A DNA stretch of 64,000 nt from Candidatus Levyibacteriota bacterium (GTDB lineage: Bacteria > Patescibacteriota > Microgenomatia > Levybacterales > UBA12049), in the NCBI GenBank assembly GCA_038205015.1, contig JBBRCK010000001.1:51862-115861 (forward strand). The letters run 5' to 3'. A model generated the notes under the pieces. The model was not told the origin of the DNA. It did no database searches and was given only the letters and a program-made list of their open reading frames with translations. A program made the position numbers and the translations under genes. Position 1 is the stretch's first letter; the number at the start of each line of letters is the position of its first letter. Below, piece after piece: positions 17,557 to 27,591 of this stretch.

Positions 17557-19614
17557 ATGAAAAATTTAGTAATTGTTGAATCACCAACAAAAGCAAAAAC
17601 AATATCAAAATTTTTAGGTGCTGATTATGAAATTATCGCCTCGATGGGGCATATTATGGATTTGCCAAAGTCCAAGATGAGTATTGACATAGAACACGAT
17701 TTTAAGCCTGATTATCAGGAAATGGTAGATAAAAAAAAGATAATTTCCCAGTTAAAATCTGCCGGAAAAGTGGCTGAAAATATTATACTTGCAACCGATC
17801 CAGATAGAGAAGGAGAGGCGATTGCTGCTCATGTTAAAGAAGTTTTGGATGCAAAAGGCAAAAAATTTTCCAGAGTAGTTTTTCACGAAATTACCAAGGA
17901 GGCAATCGAAGAAGCTTTTGAAACGCCAAGAGAAGTCGATGAGAATTTAGTTGATGCGCAAACTGCGAGAAGAGTTCTAGATAGACTTGTGGGATATAAG
18001 CTTTCACCAATTCTCTGGCAAAAAGTTAGAAGAGGTTTATCTGCCGGAAGAGTCCAATCTGTTGCTCTAAGATTAATTGTTCAAAGAGAAAGAGAAATTG
18101 AAAAATTCAAAAAAGAGCTATATTACACGATTCATGCACTTCTAGAAAAGAGCGGAAAAGAAGCGGAATTTGAGCTTTTTGAAATAGAAGAGAAAAAGCT
18201 TGAGTTTTCGGAAAGTTTTACTCTTTATGCCGGTGATTACAAAATATCAAAGACTATTATTCAGTCCCTTGAGGAAGCTAATAAAATTGTTGAAGAATTA
18301 AATTTAGATAAGTTTCTAGTGTCAGATGTTATTAAAAAGCAGGCAAAAAGGAGCCCGGGGCCAGCATTTACAACTTCAACTTTGCAGCAGGAGGCTTCCA
18401 GAAGATTTGGATTCTCTGGAAAAAGAACAATGTCACTCGCTCAAAAACTTTACGAAGAAGGTTTTATTACTTATCACAGAACAGACTCAGTTAACATGAG
18501 TCAAAGTGCTATTTCTGCAATTAGAAACTTTGCGGAAAAAGAATTTGGTAAAAATTATGTTCCGGAAAAACCTAATATCTATAAAACAAAATCAAAAGTT
18601 GCACAAGAAGCGCATGAGGCAATCAGGCCGACCAAAATTGGAGTTACACACGAAAAAGTTGCAGAGGAATTGGGAAAAGACTTTGCAAAAATTTACGAAG
18701 TCATTTGGAATAGAGCAATTTCATCTCAGTTAAGCGATGCATTGATTGAGCAAACGTCAATAATAGTTGAAGATTCAAATAAAAAATATAAATTAAAAGC
18801 CAACGGGTCGGTTTTGGTTTTTGACGGCTTTTTAAGAATTTACCCGCAAGGAATAAATGATAATTTACTTCCGGACTTTGTTGCCGGAGATAATTTAACG
18901 GCTAAAAAAATAGATGCCAGAGAGCACGAAACGTCTCCACCCCCAAGATACAATGATGCATCGTTAATTGGAATTTTGGAAGAAAAGGGAATTGGCAGGC
19001 CTTCAACTTACGCAACAATTATTTCAACAATTGAATCAAGGCAATATATAGAAAGGCAGGAAGGAAGGTTTCATCCAACCAGCGTAGGCATGGCGGTAAA
19101 TGATTTTTTAGTTGAAAATTTTTCAACAATTGATGATATTCCGTTTACTGCCTTAATGGAAGATGAGTTGGATGAAGTTGCCAACGGAACGAAAAAATGG
19201 GTACCGGTTATAAAAGAATTTTATGAACCTTTTGAAAAAACTTTGGCATTGGTTAAGGATGCGGCCAGAGTAAAAATAGAAGTTGAAAAAACCGATGAAA
19301 TTTGTCCACAAGATGGGGGACACTTAATAATTAGAATTGGGAGATTTGGTAAATTTATGGCGTGCGAAAATTTCCCAGAATGTAAATTTACCAAGCCATT
19401 TGCCCAAGAGACCAATTTAATCTGTCCAAAAGATGGAGCAAAAATTGTGTTCAAAAAAACTAAGAAAGGTCGCAAATTCTATGGTTGTAGTAATTACCCA
19501 AAATGTGACTTTGCTGCTTGGAAAATGGAAGAGATAAAAAATCCTAAAGAAGTTGTTGTAAAAGAAGAAGCATTAAAAACTCCAGAAGTGGCTGAAAATA
19601 AGGAATCAAATTAG
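17557..19614 (+). CDS. topA: DNA topoisomerase I
   Basis: TOPRIM start MKNLVIVESPTKAKTI, catalytic Tyr region, C-terminal Cys4 zinc ribbons. Confidence 0.9.
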   Translation: MKNLVIVESPTKAKTISKFLGADYEIIASMGHIMDLPKSKMSIDIEHDFKPDYQEMVDKKKIISQLKSAGKVAENIILATDPDREGEAIAAHVKEVLDAKGKKFSRVVFHEITKEAIEEAFETPREVDENLVDAQTARRVLDRLVGYKLSPILWQKVRRGLSAGRVQSVALRLIVQREREIEKFKKELYYTIHALLEKSGKEAEFELFEIEEKKLEFSESFTLYAGDYKISKTIIQSLEEANKIVEELNLDKFLVSDVIKKQAKRSPGPAFTTSTLQQEASRRFGFSGKRTMSLAQKLYEEGFITYHRTDSVNMSQSAISAIRNFAEKEFGKNYVPEKPNIYKTKSKVAQEAHEAIRPTKIGVTHEKVAEELGKDFAKIYEVIWNRAISSQLSDALIEQTSIIVEDSNKKYKLKANGSVLVFDGFLRIYPQGINDNLLPDFVAGDNLTAKKIDAREHETSPPPRYNDASLIGILEEKGIGRPSTYATIISTIESRQYIERQEGRFHPTSVGMAVNDFLVENFSTIDDIPFTALMEDELDEVANGTKKWVPVIKEFYEPFEKTLALVKDAARVKIEVEKTDEICPQDGGHLIIRIGRFGKFMACENFPECKFTKPFAQETNLICPKDGAKIVFKKTKKGRKFYGCSNYPKCDFAAWKMEEIKNPKEVVVKEEALKTPEVAENKESN

Positions 19615-20084
19615 AAAAATTTGCTGGCAAAAATAATTATTAATATTGCAATCACTTGATTAACAAATCCCCATGGTAAATCTTTTGTAGTATCGAATTT
19701 TTTCTGTAATTTATAAACCCAGCAAAATGGCGCAAATTTCATATCAAAAAACAAATAGGGTGCAGTTAGCCAGTCTGGAAGTTGCGCCATAATTATTATC
19801 AGAAATGCGTAGGAGAGATTAGTCGCAGGGAAAAACAAAAATATTAATGCGTAAGATAGTAAAAATCCAAGAAAAACATCCATAGCACTTTCGATAAAAA
19901 ACTTTCTTTTGCTCTTTTGTGCTCTGTGATATCCGGTATCCCAATGGGGAATAGCATCGGCTAAAAAATGAGAAGCTATGGCAATGGGAATGGCTAAAAT
20001 CGGATTTCCGACTTTAGCAGCAATTACGGTTCCAATTAATGCATGTCCGGTTGCTGTCATAAGGTATCTTATATTATAGTTCAA
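19611..20084 (-). CDS. DUF457/YdjM-like membrane-bound metal-dependent hydrolase (putative)
   Basis: 157 aa, 4 TM, N-terminal MTATGHALIG and His-rich loops. Confidence 0.4.
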   Translation of the reverse strand: MNYNIRYLMTATGHALIGTVIAAKVGNPILAIPIAIASHFLADAIPHWDTGYHRAQKSKRKFFIESAMDVFLGFLLSYALIFLFFPATNLSYAFLIIIMAQLPDWLTAPYLFFDMKFAPFCWVYKLQKKFDTTKDLPWGFVNQVIAILIIIFASKFF

Positions 20085-20109
20085 ATAACAGAAGTATTGT
20101 CAAGTTTGT

Positions 20110-21762
20110 CTATTCGAGTTCTTCTCTTTTGTTTGCCAGGAACGAAAACCATTGTTCGAAGAATCCCACGATCCCCTTGAAAGGCGTTTCGATTATAAAA
20201 TCAATAATTATTAGTATAAAGTTAATTTGGGCGATTCCCTCGGTAAGACTTCTCCCGACCCTGATAATAGGCACAAAAAAAAAGTCAACAATTGGAGTAA
20301 GGATATTTTGTCGGTAAATTATTCGGTAAGTTGATGCTGTCTGGTAAATTCTGTAAGTTAAAAAAGAAACAATGGTTACAAAGAAGATAAAAATTCCCTG
20401 ACTCAAAATATTAAAATGAAGTTTTCCCAATACGCTTCCAATTAATCCCAAAACGAGACCGATACTTAATAGCCAAAGAATAGAAAAAACTCTGTCTTTA
20501 ATGGTTATCGCACTGTTTTTCTTAAGTCTTAAAAAAAGTTTATTAATAACCTGAGGATTCTCATCAAATAGAAGCTTGTGAATTGCTGCATATATTACTT
20601 GAGAATTTCTTGAATCGGGAATCTTTATTCCCAGGCCTACAATAACCATTAATAATGGAGGAACAATGGTATTTAAAAGAATCGAAAACCATTGGACTCC
20701 GCCTAAAAAGATTCGTTCGAAAGTACCTTCTACAAATAAAGCGATAAAAGCTTTGGTAAAAAGAATAAAAACAAAGCTTCGAATAATTGCAGTTTGCACC
20801 TTTTTTCCGATGCTGCGGTAGCGTTTGTCACAAATTAAAAAAATTGATTTTTTAAAGTTTTCTTCATCTTTTACCAATTTTCTAATATGACCTTTTTGCT
20901 CCATTAAAAGGTCATGCAGAATCAAAAATGCCGGGGCAACTTTTTTAACATGATTAAAAATTCTATCTTTCCTTGGGTAATTAAGTTGATATTCAATCTC
21001 CTTAAAACCCAGAGAGAAATTTGATACTACATGTTCATAATTATCTTGCGTAAGTCTTCCAAAAATTTGTGTAAAAAGCCTGTATCTTAAAAACGCTACA
21101 TCTTCTTTGGCAAAATTCTTTCTAACAGCTATAAAAACTTGCACGTCTTTTGTTTGACTCGAGTCGTCGGTAATGTCCACGCTGTCTTTAAGAATTTGAA
21201 ACATATAATTACTGATGGCTTCTTTTTCTTTGTGAGGAAGTAAAATTATGTCTATCTCACAGGATAAAAGTTGAAGAATATATTGGTTTGCATCGGTATT
21301 TTGAATTAATCTCTTTTTTAAAACTTGGCTTCTTAATTTTAAATAAAGGTTAATAGAAGTAGCAACGTTATTGATTATCGATTCGGGAACAGTTGAATCT
21401 TTAAAATATCCTGCCCAAATAAGTTCTCTGACTAAATCCTCTGCCAGTTTTTTGGAATCTTCGCTCAAAACAAGTAATCTTTTAAGAATTCTTTCAATGG
21501 CTCTTCTTAAGATTGTTTCTTCCGAGCCGTAATCCATGGCTGTTCGAACCTTTTCGTAAAAGGAGGCAACTTTGGAAACAAGCATATTTACCGAAATCTT
21601 TTTATCGTTGTTTATTAAATCTTCGTTTTCAAAAGTTTTTATTAAGGCATTGGACAGTTTAGAAAAATCCGCGTCAATGTTATCTGAAGTCATATATTGA
21701 TAACGCATTATAGCAGGTGGCTGGAGGCTGTCAAATAAAGCAGATAAGCTATTTCTTTCCAA
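20110..21762 (-). CDS. Hypothetical protein: ~330-aa soluble N-terminal domain plus C-terminal polytopic membrane domain
   Basis: 550-aa ORF; no family recognised. Confidence 0.45.
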   Translation of the reverse strand: MERNSLSALFDSLQPPAIMRYQYMTSDNIDADFSKLSNALIKTFENEDLINNDKKISVNMLVSKVASFYEKVRTAMDYGSEETILRRAIERILKRLLVLSEDSKKLAEDLVRELIWAGYFKDSTVPESIINNVATSINLYLKLRSQVLKKRLIQNTDANQYILQLLSCEIDIILLPHKEKEAISNYMFQILKDSVDITDDSSQTKDVQVFIAVRKNFAKEDVAFLRYRLFTQIFGRLTQDNYEHVVSNFSLGFKEIEYQLNYPRKDRIFNHVKKVAPAFLILHDLLMEQKGHIRKLVKDEENFKKSIFLICDKRYRSIGKKVQTAIIRSFVFILFTKAFIALFVEGTFERIFLGGVQWFSILLNTIVPPLLMVIVGLGIKIPDSRNSQVIYAAIHKLLFDENPQVINKLFLRLKKNSAITIKDRVFSILWLLSIGLVLGLIGSVLGKLHFNILSQGIFIFFVTIVSFLTYRIYQTASTYRIIYRQNILTPIVDFFFVPIIRVGRSLTEGIAQINFILIIIDFIIETPFKGIVGFFEQWFSFLANKREELE

Positions 21763-22057
21763 AAATGCTTTTTAACCGGTCAGCCCAGCTTGATTTTGGA
21801 GGAGTAACTTCGGAAATAAGCGTTGTAGGAGTAGCTTCTGGAGCCTGCGTAGTAGGTTTTGTTCCTGACCCTGGTCCGTACGCCTTTATTAATCTTGCAA
21901 CTGCTTCGGCGTGTGCCTTATCGTATGTGCCAATTGTTGTGCGCATAGTTTGTGTCGGCTCAACCCCGTTATGAATAAAAGGTTCGGGAGTAGGTGTAGT
22001 CGGAGCTTGGTCTACATAAACAGGTGTTGGTTGCTCCGAATTATTTAGTTCAGCCAT
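21749..22057 (-). CDS. Hypothetical Pro/Thr-rich small protein
   Basis: 102-aa ORF overlapping the start of 20110..21762 by 14 nt (operon-like). Confidence 0.35.
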   Translation of the reverse strand: MAELNNSEQPTPVYVDQAPTTPTPEPFIHNGVEPTQTMRTTIGTYDKAHAEAVARLIKAYGPGSGTKPTTQAPEATPTTLISEVTPPKSSWADRLKSIFGKK

Positions 22058-22112
22058 GAGAAAAGCCTACCAACAATATAAAATTGTGTCAACTTTTAGT
22101 ATAATAGCGGTT

Positions 22113-22646
22113 ATGCTAAAACTTGTTGCAAAAGAACTCAGAAATACAAAGCCTTCTAAAGAAGATTTGGAAAAAATAAAAAGACGGGATATATATTTTA
22201 TTTTAGATAATATTTTGGATACTTATAATATAGGTGGGATATTTAGATTGGCAGACGCAATTGGAGTAAAAAAAATATTTATTTGTGGGGAATCTGAAAC
22301 ACCGCCAAATCACAAAATTAAAAAGGCTTCTATAAATACTACCGAATGGATTGAGTGGGAATATGCAGAAACAGCGGTTTCTGCGATTAAAGATTTAAGA
22401 TTAAAGAATGAGGGTATACAAGTAATCGCAGTTGAGCAAAGCGAAAAAAGTGTTTCTTATACAGAAATAGATTATCAATTACCAATTGCTTTAGTTGTCG
22501 GACATGAAACAAACGGTGTTTTAAATGAAGTTTTGGAGGCTTGTGACTATATTGCCGAAATTCCAATGTGGGGAGTAAATACGAGCTTAAATGTAATAAT
22601 TTCTTTAGGAGTAGTTTCTTACGCCATGCTAAGCAAAATTAGTTAA
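22113..22646 (+). CDS. SpoU/TrmH-family (SPOUT) RNA 2'-O-methyltransferase
   Basis: SPOUT motifs YFILDNILDTYNIGGIFRLADA, VVGHETNGV, EIPMWGVNTSLNV; ATG at 22113 preferred (TATAAT at 22099..22104); the alternative longer ORF starts at 22056. Confidence 0.7.
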   Translation: MLKLVAKELRNTKPSKEDLEKIKRRDIYFILDNILDTYNIGGIFRLADAIGVKKIFICGESETPPNHKIKKASINTTEWIEWEYAETAVSAIKDLRLKNEGIQVIAVEQSEKSVSYTEIDYQLPIALVVGHETNGVLNEVLEACDYIAEIPMWGVNTSLNVIISLGVVSYAMLSKIS

Positions 22647-23434
22647 TCAATAAGAGTTACGATTTTATCATATCCACCGAAGTCAGTAACGGTTGGCAAT
22701 AGTCTTTGTCCCGAAGTCGGAAAATCATAAACTTTTCCTCTTAATACTAAGTTTGTATTTTCAGCCAAAATATTCCCTTTAGTATCCTCATACATAAAAA
22801 AACTTAATATAGAATCTGCTGGTAATTTTCCGTTTAATCTTAGGGGGACAAGTCTTTCAACAATAAGTTTTGCAGAAAGGTCATGAAGTTCTTCTACTGA
22901 ATAAGGCAATTCCGCAGTATTACCGTCCATAATTTCTTTAGTAGCTTTTCTAATTGCAATAAGCTCGGAAGCGGTTCTAAATGCAAAATTAAACCCGGTT
23001 TCATCAGAAATAAAAGCTCCGCCTAAAAGTGTTTCTGCTTCTTTAGAGTTTTGCGCAACGCCGCTTCGTCTTAAATCAAAAAGCTCAGTTTTTATTAAAT
23101 ATTCTTCTTCAGGATTTTCTGTAGACGGAGCATAAATAGAAATTTTATTCATTGAAAAAGGATGAATTTCTTCGTTGGGATATTTACTTATAACAATTTC
23201 GATTCTGTCATCCGGAGCCTGCAAGTTAGCTAAAAGTAAATCAATTGTTATTTGGTCTTTAATTACATGAAGCCTCCTAATCTCGTTATATTGAGTTATA
23301 GGGAGAAATCTGTTCGGGCTTTCATCTCTTAACGAATAAATTGCAGCAATTTGTTTACTAAGACTACTTATTTCTCCAATTAGTTCGGGCGTTGTTGGGA
23401 GTGGTTGATTCTGAACTCTAAGTGTTTCTATCAT
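22643..23434 (-). CDS. Hypothetical protein
   Basis: 263-aa ORF; no family recognised. Confidence 0.45.
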   Translation of the reverse strand: MIETLRVQNQPLPTTPELIGEISSLSKQIAAIYSLRDESPNRFLPITQYNEIRRLHVIKDQITIDLLLANLQAPDDRIEIVISKYPNEEIHPFSMNKISIYAPSTENPEEEYLIKTELFDLRRSGVAQNSKEAETLLGGAFISDETGFNFAFRTASELIAIRKATKEIMDGNTAELPYSVEELHDLSAKLIVERLVPLRLNGKLPADSILSFFMYEDTKGNILAENTNLVLRGKVYDFPTSGQRLLPTVTDFGGYDKIVTLID

Positions 23435-23504
23435 GGTTTAGGATTATAAAGTTAAAATCGTAAACTTTCAATAAGTATGTCTTTTTATGTAATAGGTTTT
23501 TGAT

Positions 23505-23680
23505 ATGAAAACAACAGATAATCTTAAAAAACATATGAGCAATAATCCAGTTTAAAATTTTTGATTAATTATTCTAAAAAAACTTGTTATACAAGAACTC
23601 AAAAATACAAAATTATCGGAAGAAGATTTGGATGAATATAATTATTTAGTTTTTTACTTTATCACTTCAAAAATCGCTTA
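23505..23680 (+). pseudogene. Decayed 5' fragment of a SpoU/TrmH-family methyltransferase paralog whose first ~15 codons resemble the start of the 25013 methyltransferase
   Basis: 23583..23650 matches 22116..22185 at about 42 of 53 nt and translates KKLVIQELKNTKLSEEDLDEY versus LKLVAKELRNTKPSKEDLEKI; 23505..23553 (ATGAAAACAACAGATAATCTTAAAAAACATA) matches 25013..25060; in-frame TAA at 23553 and a frame change; body absent. Confidence 0.5.
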
Positions 23681-24943
23681 GGCGGCCTCTTGCGCTATCC
23701 ATCTGTCTACGATGGCTTCTATTCGATACATTTTAGAAACAGGATATAAGGAGAAGACAATGTTAAGATCAATAGTTTTTTGAGGACATTTTTCCAAAAC
23801 TCTTGTATACAAATTTTTAATGCGATTTTTAGTTTCTGCGAAGTTAAAAGTTGGATGGGAATTTTCTATTATTGCTCTAACCTTAGGATCTTCGCTCTTA
23901 AACATTCCGTCGATTGCATTTCTGGTTTTTTTATCGATATTTCTAAAAGTGGAAGTGGGAATATGAGATTTTCGTGGTTCTGAAAATAACTCTGCTAACA
24001 GTTCTTCGCTTGATAAATTAGCTGCATGCTTCATTCGTCTTTTTAAGTTTGCTTCTTCTTGTTCGGGTCTATCTCGAAAAACTTCAATTTCACTTCTAAT
24101 ATCTTCTGTTAAGAAAAGTCTGTCAGAAGCTCCTAAAGTAGGCAGGGAATACATATTTCTAAACCCTTCCATAAAAGCGTGTCCTTCTTCATGCATAGCA
24201 GTGACAAATCGATCAGCTGGAATATGCTTTTTAGGTACCTGTTTCTCCAAAATAGTTCCTACTAAATCATCAACCCCATCGTAGGGGATCGATACGTAAG
24301 AATGTATTCCTTGTTCATGTAGGCCAAAAGAAGTTTGCGATCCTGTAACTTTGTCATAATCAAACCAGTTAAAGAAGTATGCAATTGAAAACCTGCGATA
24401 CTGGACAAATCTTGGCTCTCTGTTCTTAATTGAATAAGCGCCTGGATTATCTACGAAACCTTCTTTATCTAATTTGCTTTTTTTCGCTTTCTGGACATCC
24501 CTTAATTGAGTTCTGTTTTCGCAGAGATGATTAATGCCAGTCGTTAATGAGTCCAGAAAGATTATTCCTGGATTAGTTTCCAATGTTTTGATTTTTTCAT
24601 CAAGCGCCTGATATTTTTTGAGAGATCTGGTTTTTAACGTCACGTCATAAAAAGAACCGGACTCTTCTAAAGCTTCTTGTTGTTTATGTAAATCATTTAA
24701 GGCGTCATATTTTTGTGCGTCTTCAGGAAAATATTCTCTAGCTTTTAGGTAGATACTTTTTAAAGCAGAACATTCACTGCTTACTTCTTCTTTTGATTGA
24801 CCAAAAGTTGCGATTGGTAGAGAAGTAGTAACAGTAAGAAGATCTTTAACTAGACCTATTTTTACATCGATGTCGCCATATAGCGAGTCAGCTTGAAATT
24901 CTCTCTTTAATGATTTACTTGGTGTTCGTTCGGTGCTCATCAA
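23678..24943 (-). CDS. Putative zinc metallopeptidase (HExxH) of unknown family
   Basis: 421 aa; AMHEEGHAFMEGF is the only recognisable motif; no signal peptide or TM seen. Confidence 0.45.
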   Translation of the reverse strand: MMSTERTPSKSLKREFQADSLYGDIDVKIGLVKDLLTVTTSLPIATFGQSKEEVSSECSALKSIYLKAREYFPEDAQKYDALNDLHKQQEALEESGSFYDVTLKTRSLKKYQALDEKIKTLETNPGIIFLDSLTTGINHLCENRTQLRDVQKAKKSKLDKEGFVDNPGAYSIKNREPRFVQYRRFSIAYFFNWFDYDKVTGSQTSFGLHEQGIHSYVSIPYDGVDDLVGTILEKQVPKKHIPADRFVTAMHEEGHAFMEGFRNMYSLPTLGASDRLFLTEDIRSEIEVFRDRPEQEEANLKRRMKHAANLSSEELLAELFSEPRKSHIPTSTFRNIDKKTRNAIDGMFKSEDPKVRAIIENSHPTFNFAETKNRIKNLYTRVLEKCPQKTIDLNIVFSLYPVSKMYRIEAIVDRWIAQEAA

Positions 24944-25012
24944 GGTAAAAGTCTAGCACAAAAATAACTATAGGTCAAGATTAGCATGTGAATTTGTTGT
25001 ATAATACTTTCC

Positions 25013-25615
25013 ATGCCTAAACCAACAGATAATTTTAAAAAACATACACATAAAAATCCAATTCAAAGGCTTTTACTTTGGAATTTTTTTAATAATTTAG
25101 TAAATCTAATTTCCACCAAAAAAGTAGATTTTATCTTAGACGTCGGTTGCGGAGAAGGCTTTACTCTAAATCGTTTAAAGGAGCATAAGATCGGTAATCA
25201 TTTGGAGGGAATAGAGTATCTAAAGGACGCCATTGAGCTTGGTAAGAAAGTGTATCCGAATATTAAGATTACTAAAGGAGACATCTATAAATTGCCTTAT
25301 AAAGATAATTCTTTTGACTTAGTTTTGTGCACCGAAGTTTTGGAGCACTTAGAAAAACCGGAAGATGGCTTAAAGGAACTGGTTCGGGTATCGAAGAAAT
25401 ATTTAGTTATCTCGGTTCCAAATGAGCCATTTTTTATGTTCGCACAATTTATAAGGGGAAAAAACTGGTCACGACTTGGAAATGATGTCGAACATATAAA
25501 TCATTGGACAATGTTTGGCTTTCCGAAATTTGTCAAAAAAAATGCAGGCGCAAGCGTTAGGATTCTTGCCAGGTGTTTTCCTTTCGCCTGGACAATGCTA
25601 CTTTTGGAAAAATAA
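25013..25615 (+). CDS. Class I SAM-dependent methyltransferase
   Basis: motif I ILDVGCGEGF, motif post-I/II LVLCTEVLEHLEKP. Confidence 0.7.
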   Translation: MPKPTDNFKKHTHKNPIQRLLLWNFFNNLVNLISTKKVDFILDVGCGEGFTLNRLKEHKIGNHLEGIEYLKDAIELGKKVYPNIKITKGDIYKLPYKDNSFDLVLCTEVLEHLEKPEDGLKELVRVSKKYLVISVPNEPFFMFAQFIRGKNWSRLGNDVEHINHWTMFGFPKFVKKNAGASVRILARCFPFAWTMLLLEK

Positions 25616-25669
25616 TTTTCTTGACTTTTTTTATCAAAGTGCTGTAATTGAATAAGAACTTATTTTTTT

Positions 25670-26959
25670 ATGGTTGAAATTCTTGAGCCTGGTAAGTCCC
25701 CTGAGCGACTTTCATCAGAAAAGCCGTTTCTTCTTGTTGGCCATACTTATCAACCCTTTAGAAAACCGTTTATGCCGATAGCAAAAGAAAAATTAAATAT
25801 AGTATCAGAGGTTAATGAAAAAATTTATCAAGAGTGTTACAAGCCAATTTTTGTAGATGGGTCATTGCCGCGTGGTTTTGCTTTCTCGTTTTATCCTGGT
25901 TCAAGAGAATGGATGAAGGAAGCTCACCCAGAAGAATATCAGCGGGTTGTCGAAAAAATAAACGCATTCCCAAATAAAGAATATCAGGTTTTAGGAGATC
26001 CATTTGCGCATAACATATTGCCTCTTCAGCCAAAAGCGGACCAGGAGATGCTAATTAGGATGGGTAGGAAAGCGTTTGAGGATGATTTTGGATTTACACC
26101 TAAGGGGATGTGGTTGCCGGAAACGGCAGTTTCAAAAACAACTCTAGAAGCGGTTTCGGATGCAGGATATAAATTTGTGGTGTTAAGAGATGATCAATTG
26201 CAAACTAAGACTACAAACCCGATGCGTATTCAGCTTGGAGGTGAAAGAGAAATATTTATTATTCATTTTAATACTGGATTAAATCAATCAATGTCCTTTA
26301 CTCCCGAGAGAACTGTAAATGGAGATGCGTTTCTCGATAGTCTTCCTAAATCAGGTTTGGAGCCGGTTGTTAGTGCAAGTGATAGTGAGTTTTACGGCCA
26401 TCATCAAGAGAATAAGGATAAGTTTTTAAAATATATTGGTGCGCCCGGAGTCTTGGAGCAACATGGATTTACTCCTTTTGATATAAAAACTGCATTGCAA
26501 AGAGACGATATTCAAACAACTGATCTTTGGGAGAATTCCAGTTGGACTTGTGATGATAATCTTGGAAGATGGAGAGGCGATTGTTCTTGCCATGGAACTA
26601 CAGAAGCAATAGATGCAGATAAGCGGTATCTATTCAGAACTCTAAATGATTATGGATTAGAAATAAATTCAAGGCTTGATGTATCGGATTCAGGATGGAG
26701 GGAAAAATTTACTGAATTTATTTTAAGTTCAAGAGGTAAGTTGTTCGGCTCTGAACAAGAAGCACCGATTATGGATAGTCCTTTATTTTGGGCAAAATAT
26801 CTCGAACTTATGGTAGGTAAAACAAGCTGCGGGTGGTATTTTGGAGATGAAGATTCTCCAACCAGAAAGCTTCCAAGAGCAGCAATTGCAGAAATAGAAC
26901 AGTTAGTGCCTGATATCCGTGAGCATACAGTATTTATCAGGGGACAAGCCGCAGCATAA
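25670..26959 (+). CDS. Glycoside hydrolase family 57 protein
   Basis: GH57 signatures GHTYQPF, GMWLPETAV, FYGHH. Confidence 0.65.
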   Translation: MVEILEPGKSPERLSSEKPFLLVGHTYQPFRKPFMPIAKEKLNIVSEVNEKIYQECYKPIFVDGSLPRGFAFSFYPGSREWMKEAHPEEYQRVVEKINAFPNKEYQVLGDPFAHNILPLQPKADQEMLIRMGRKAFEDDFGFTPKGMWLPETAVSKTTLEAVSDAGYKFVVLRDDQLQTKTTNPMRIQLGGEREIFIIHFNTGLNQSMSFTPERTVNGDAFLDSLPKSGLEPVVSASDSEFYGHHQENKDKFLKYIGAPGVLEQHGFTPFDIKTALQRDDIQTTDLWENSSWTCDDNLGRWRGDCSCHGTTEAIDADKRYLFRTLNDYGLEINSRLDVSDSGWREKFTEFILSSRGKLFGSEQEAPIMDSPLFWAKYLELMVGKTSCGWYFGDEDSPTRKLPRAAIAEIEQLVPDIREHTVFIRGQAAA

Positions 26960-26981
26960 AATTAAATAAATACCCCTCCGT

Positions 26982-27527
26982 TTGACTAATGATATATTGA
27001 CAAGTAAAAATCAATATGATACTTTTTGGCCTATGAGAAAAAATGGTATTGAAAATGGTGGATTAAAACCTGTGACCCCCGAGCAAGTAGCAGGAATGGG
27101 GCCAAAAGCAAAAGCAAGACTTGAAGGTATAGTTTCAAGTTTAAGGAGAGCGCAAAGAACAGATGTTAGAAGAAAACCCGATGTTGTTTTGCCAGTAGTA
27201 GTTTCAGATTATGAAGTTCCAGATGTATTACCCGAACCAATAAGTGCTTTTCCAATTGGGCAAGAGGTAACGGTTTTTGATCCACAAAAAGTAAGCTCAG
27301 TGCTGGGAGATGCAGTTCGAGCAGAGCCTTCGGTTAAAGATCCATATTTTAAAGAGGAGTCTTTAAGAGCGGTAGGCGCTAATGGCATCGTAGCTGGCGA
27401 TGATGCATTACTTTCCTGTGTTGATGGTTTACCGGTATCACTCGAAGGATTAATAGAAGCAGAAGAATATGAACAAGCACAGGAACTTTTTGACTACGGA
27501 ATCACCGCAAGAGATCTAAGGGAATAG
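26982..27527 (+). CDS. Hypothetical protein
   Basis: 181-aa ORF opening with TTG; an internal ATG at 27033 is an alternative start; Ala/Val/Glu-rich. Confidence 0.4.
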   Translation: MTNDILTSKNQYDTFWPMRKNGIENGGLKPVTPEQVAGMGPKAKARLEGIVSSLRRAQRTDVRRKPDVVLPVVVSDYEVPDVLPEPISAFPIGQEVTVFDPQKVSSVLGDAVRAEPSVKDPYFKEESLRAVGANGIVAGDDALLSCVDGLPVSLEGLIEAEEYEQAQELFDYGITARDLRE

Positions 27528-27563
27528 TATTTTTGTCTAAAAAGAATTTGAAGCTTTTTCTCC

Positions 27564-27591
27564 TTGACAAAAATTTCAAAACAATTATAAT
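27564..27591 (+). promoter_or_regulatory. Sigma70-like promoter (TTGACA, 16-nt spacer, TATAAT) about 250 nt upstream of the 16S rRNA gene
   Basis: consensus hexamers read directly. Confidence 0.45.
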
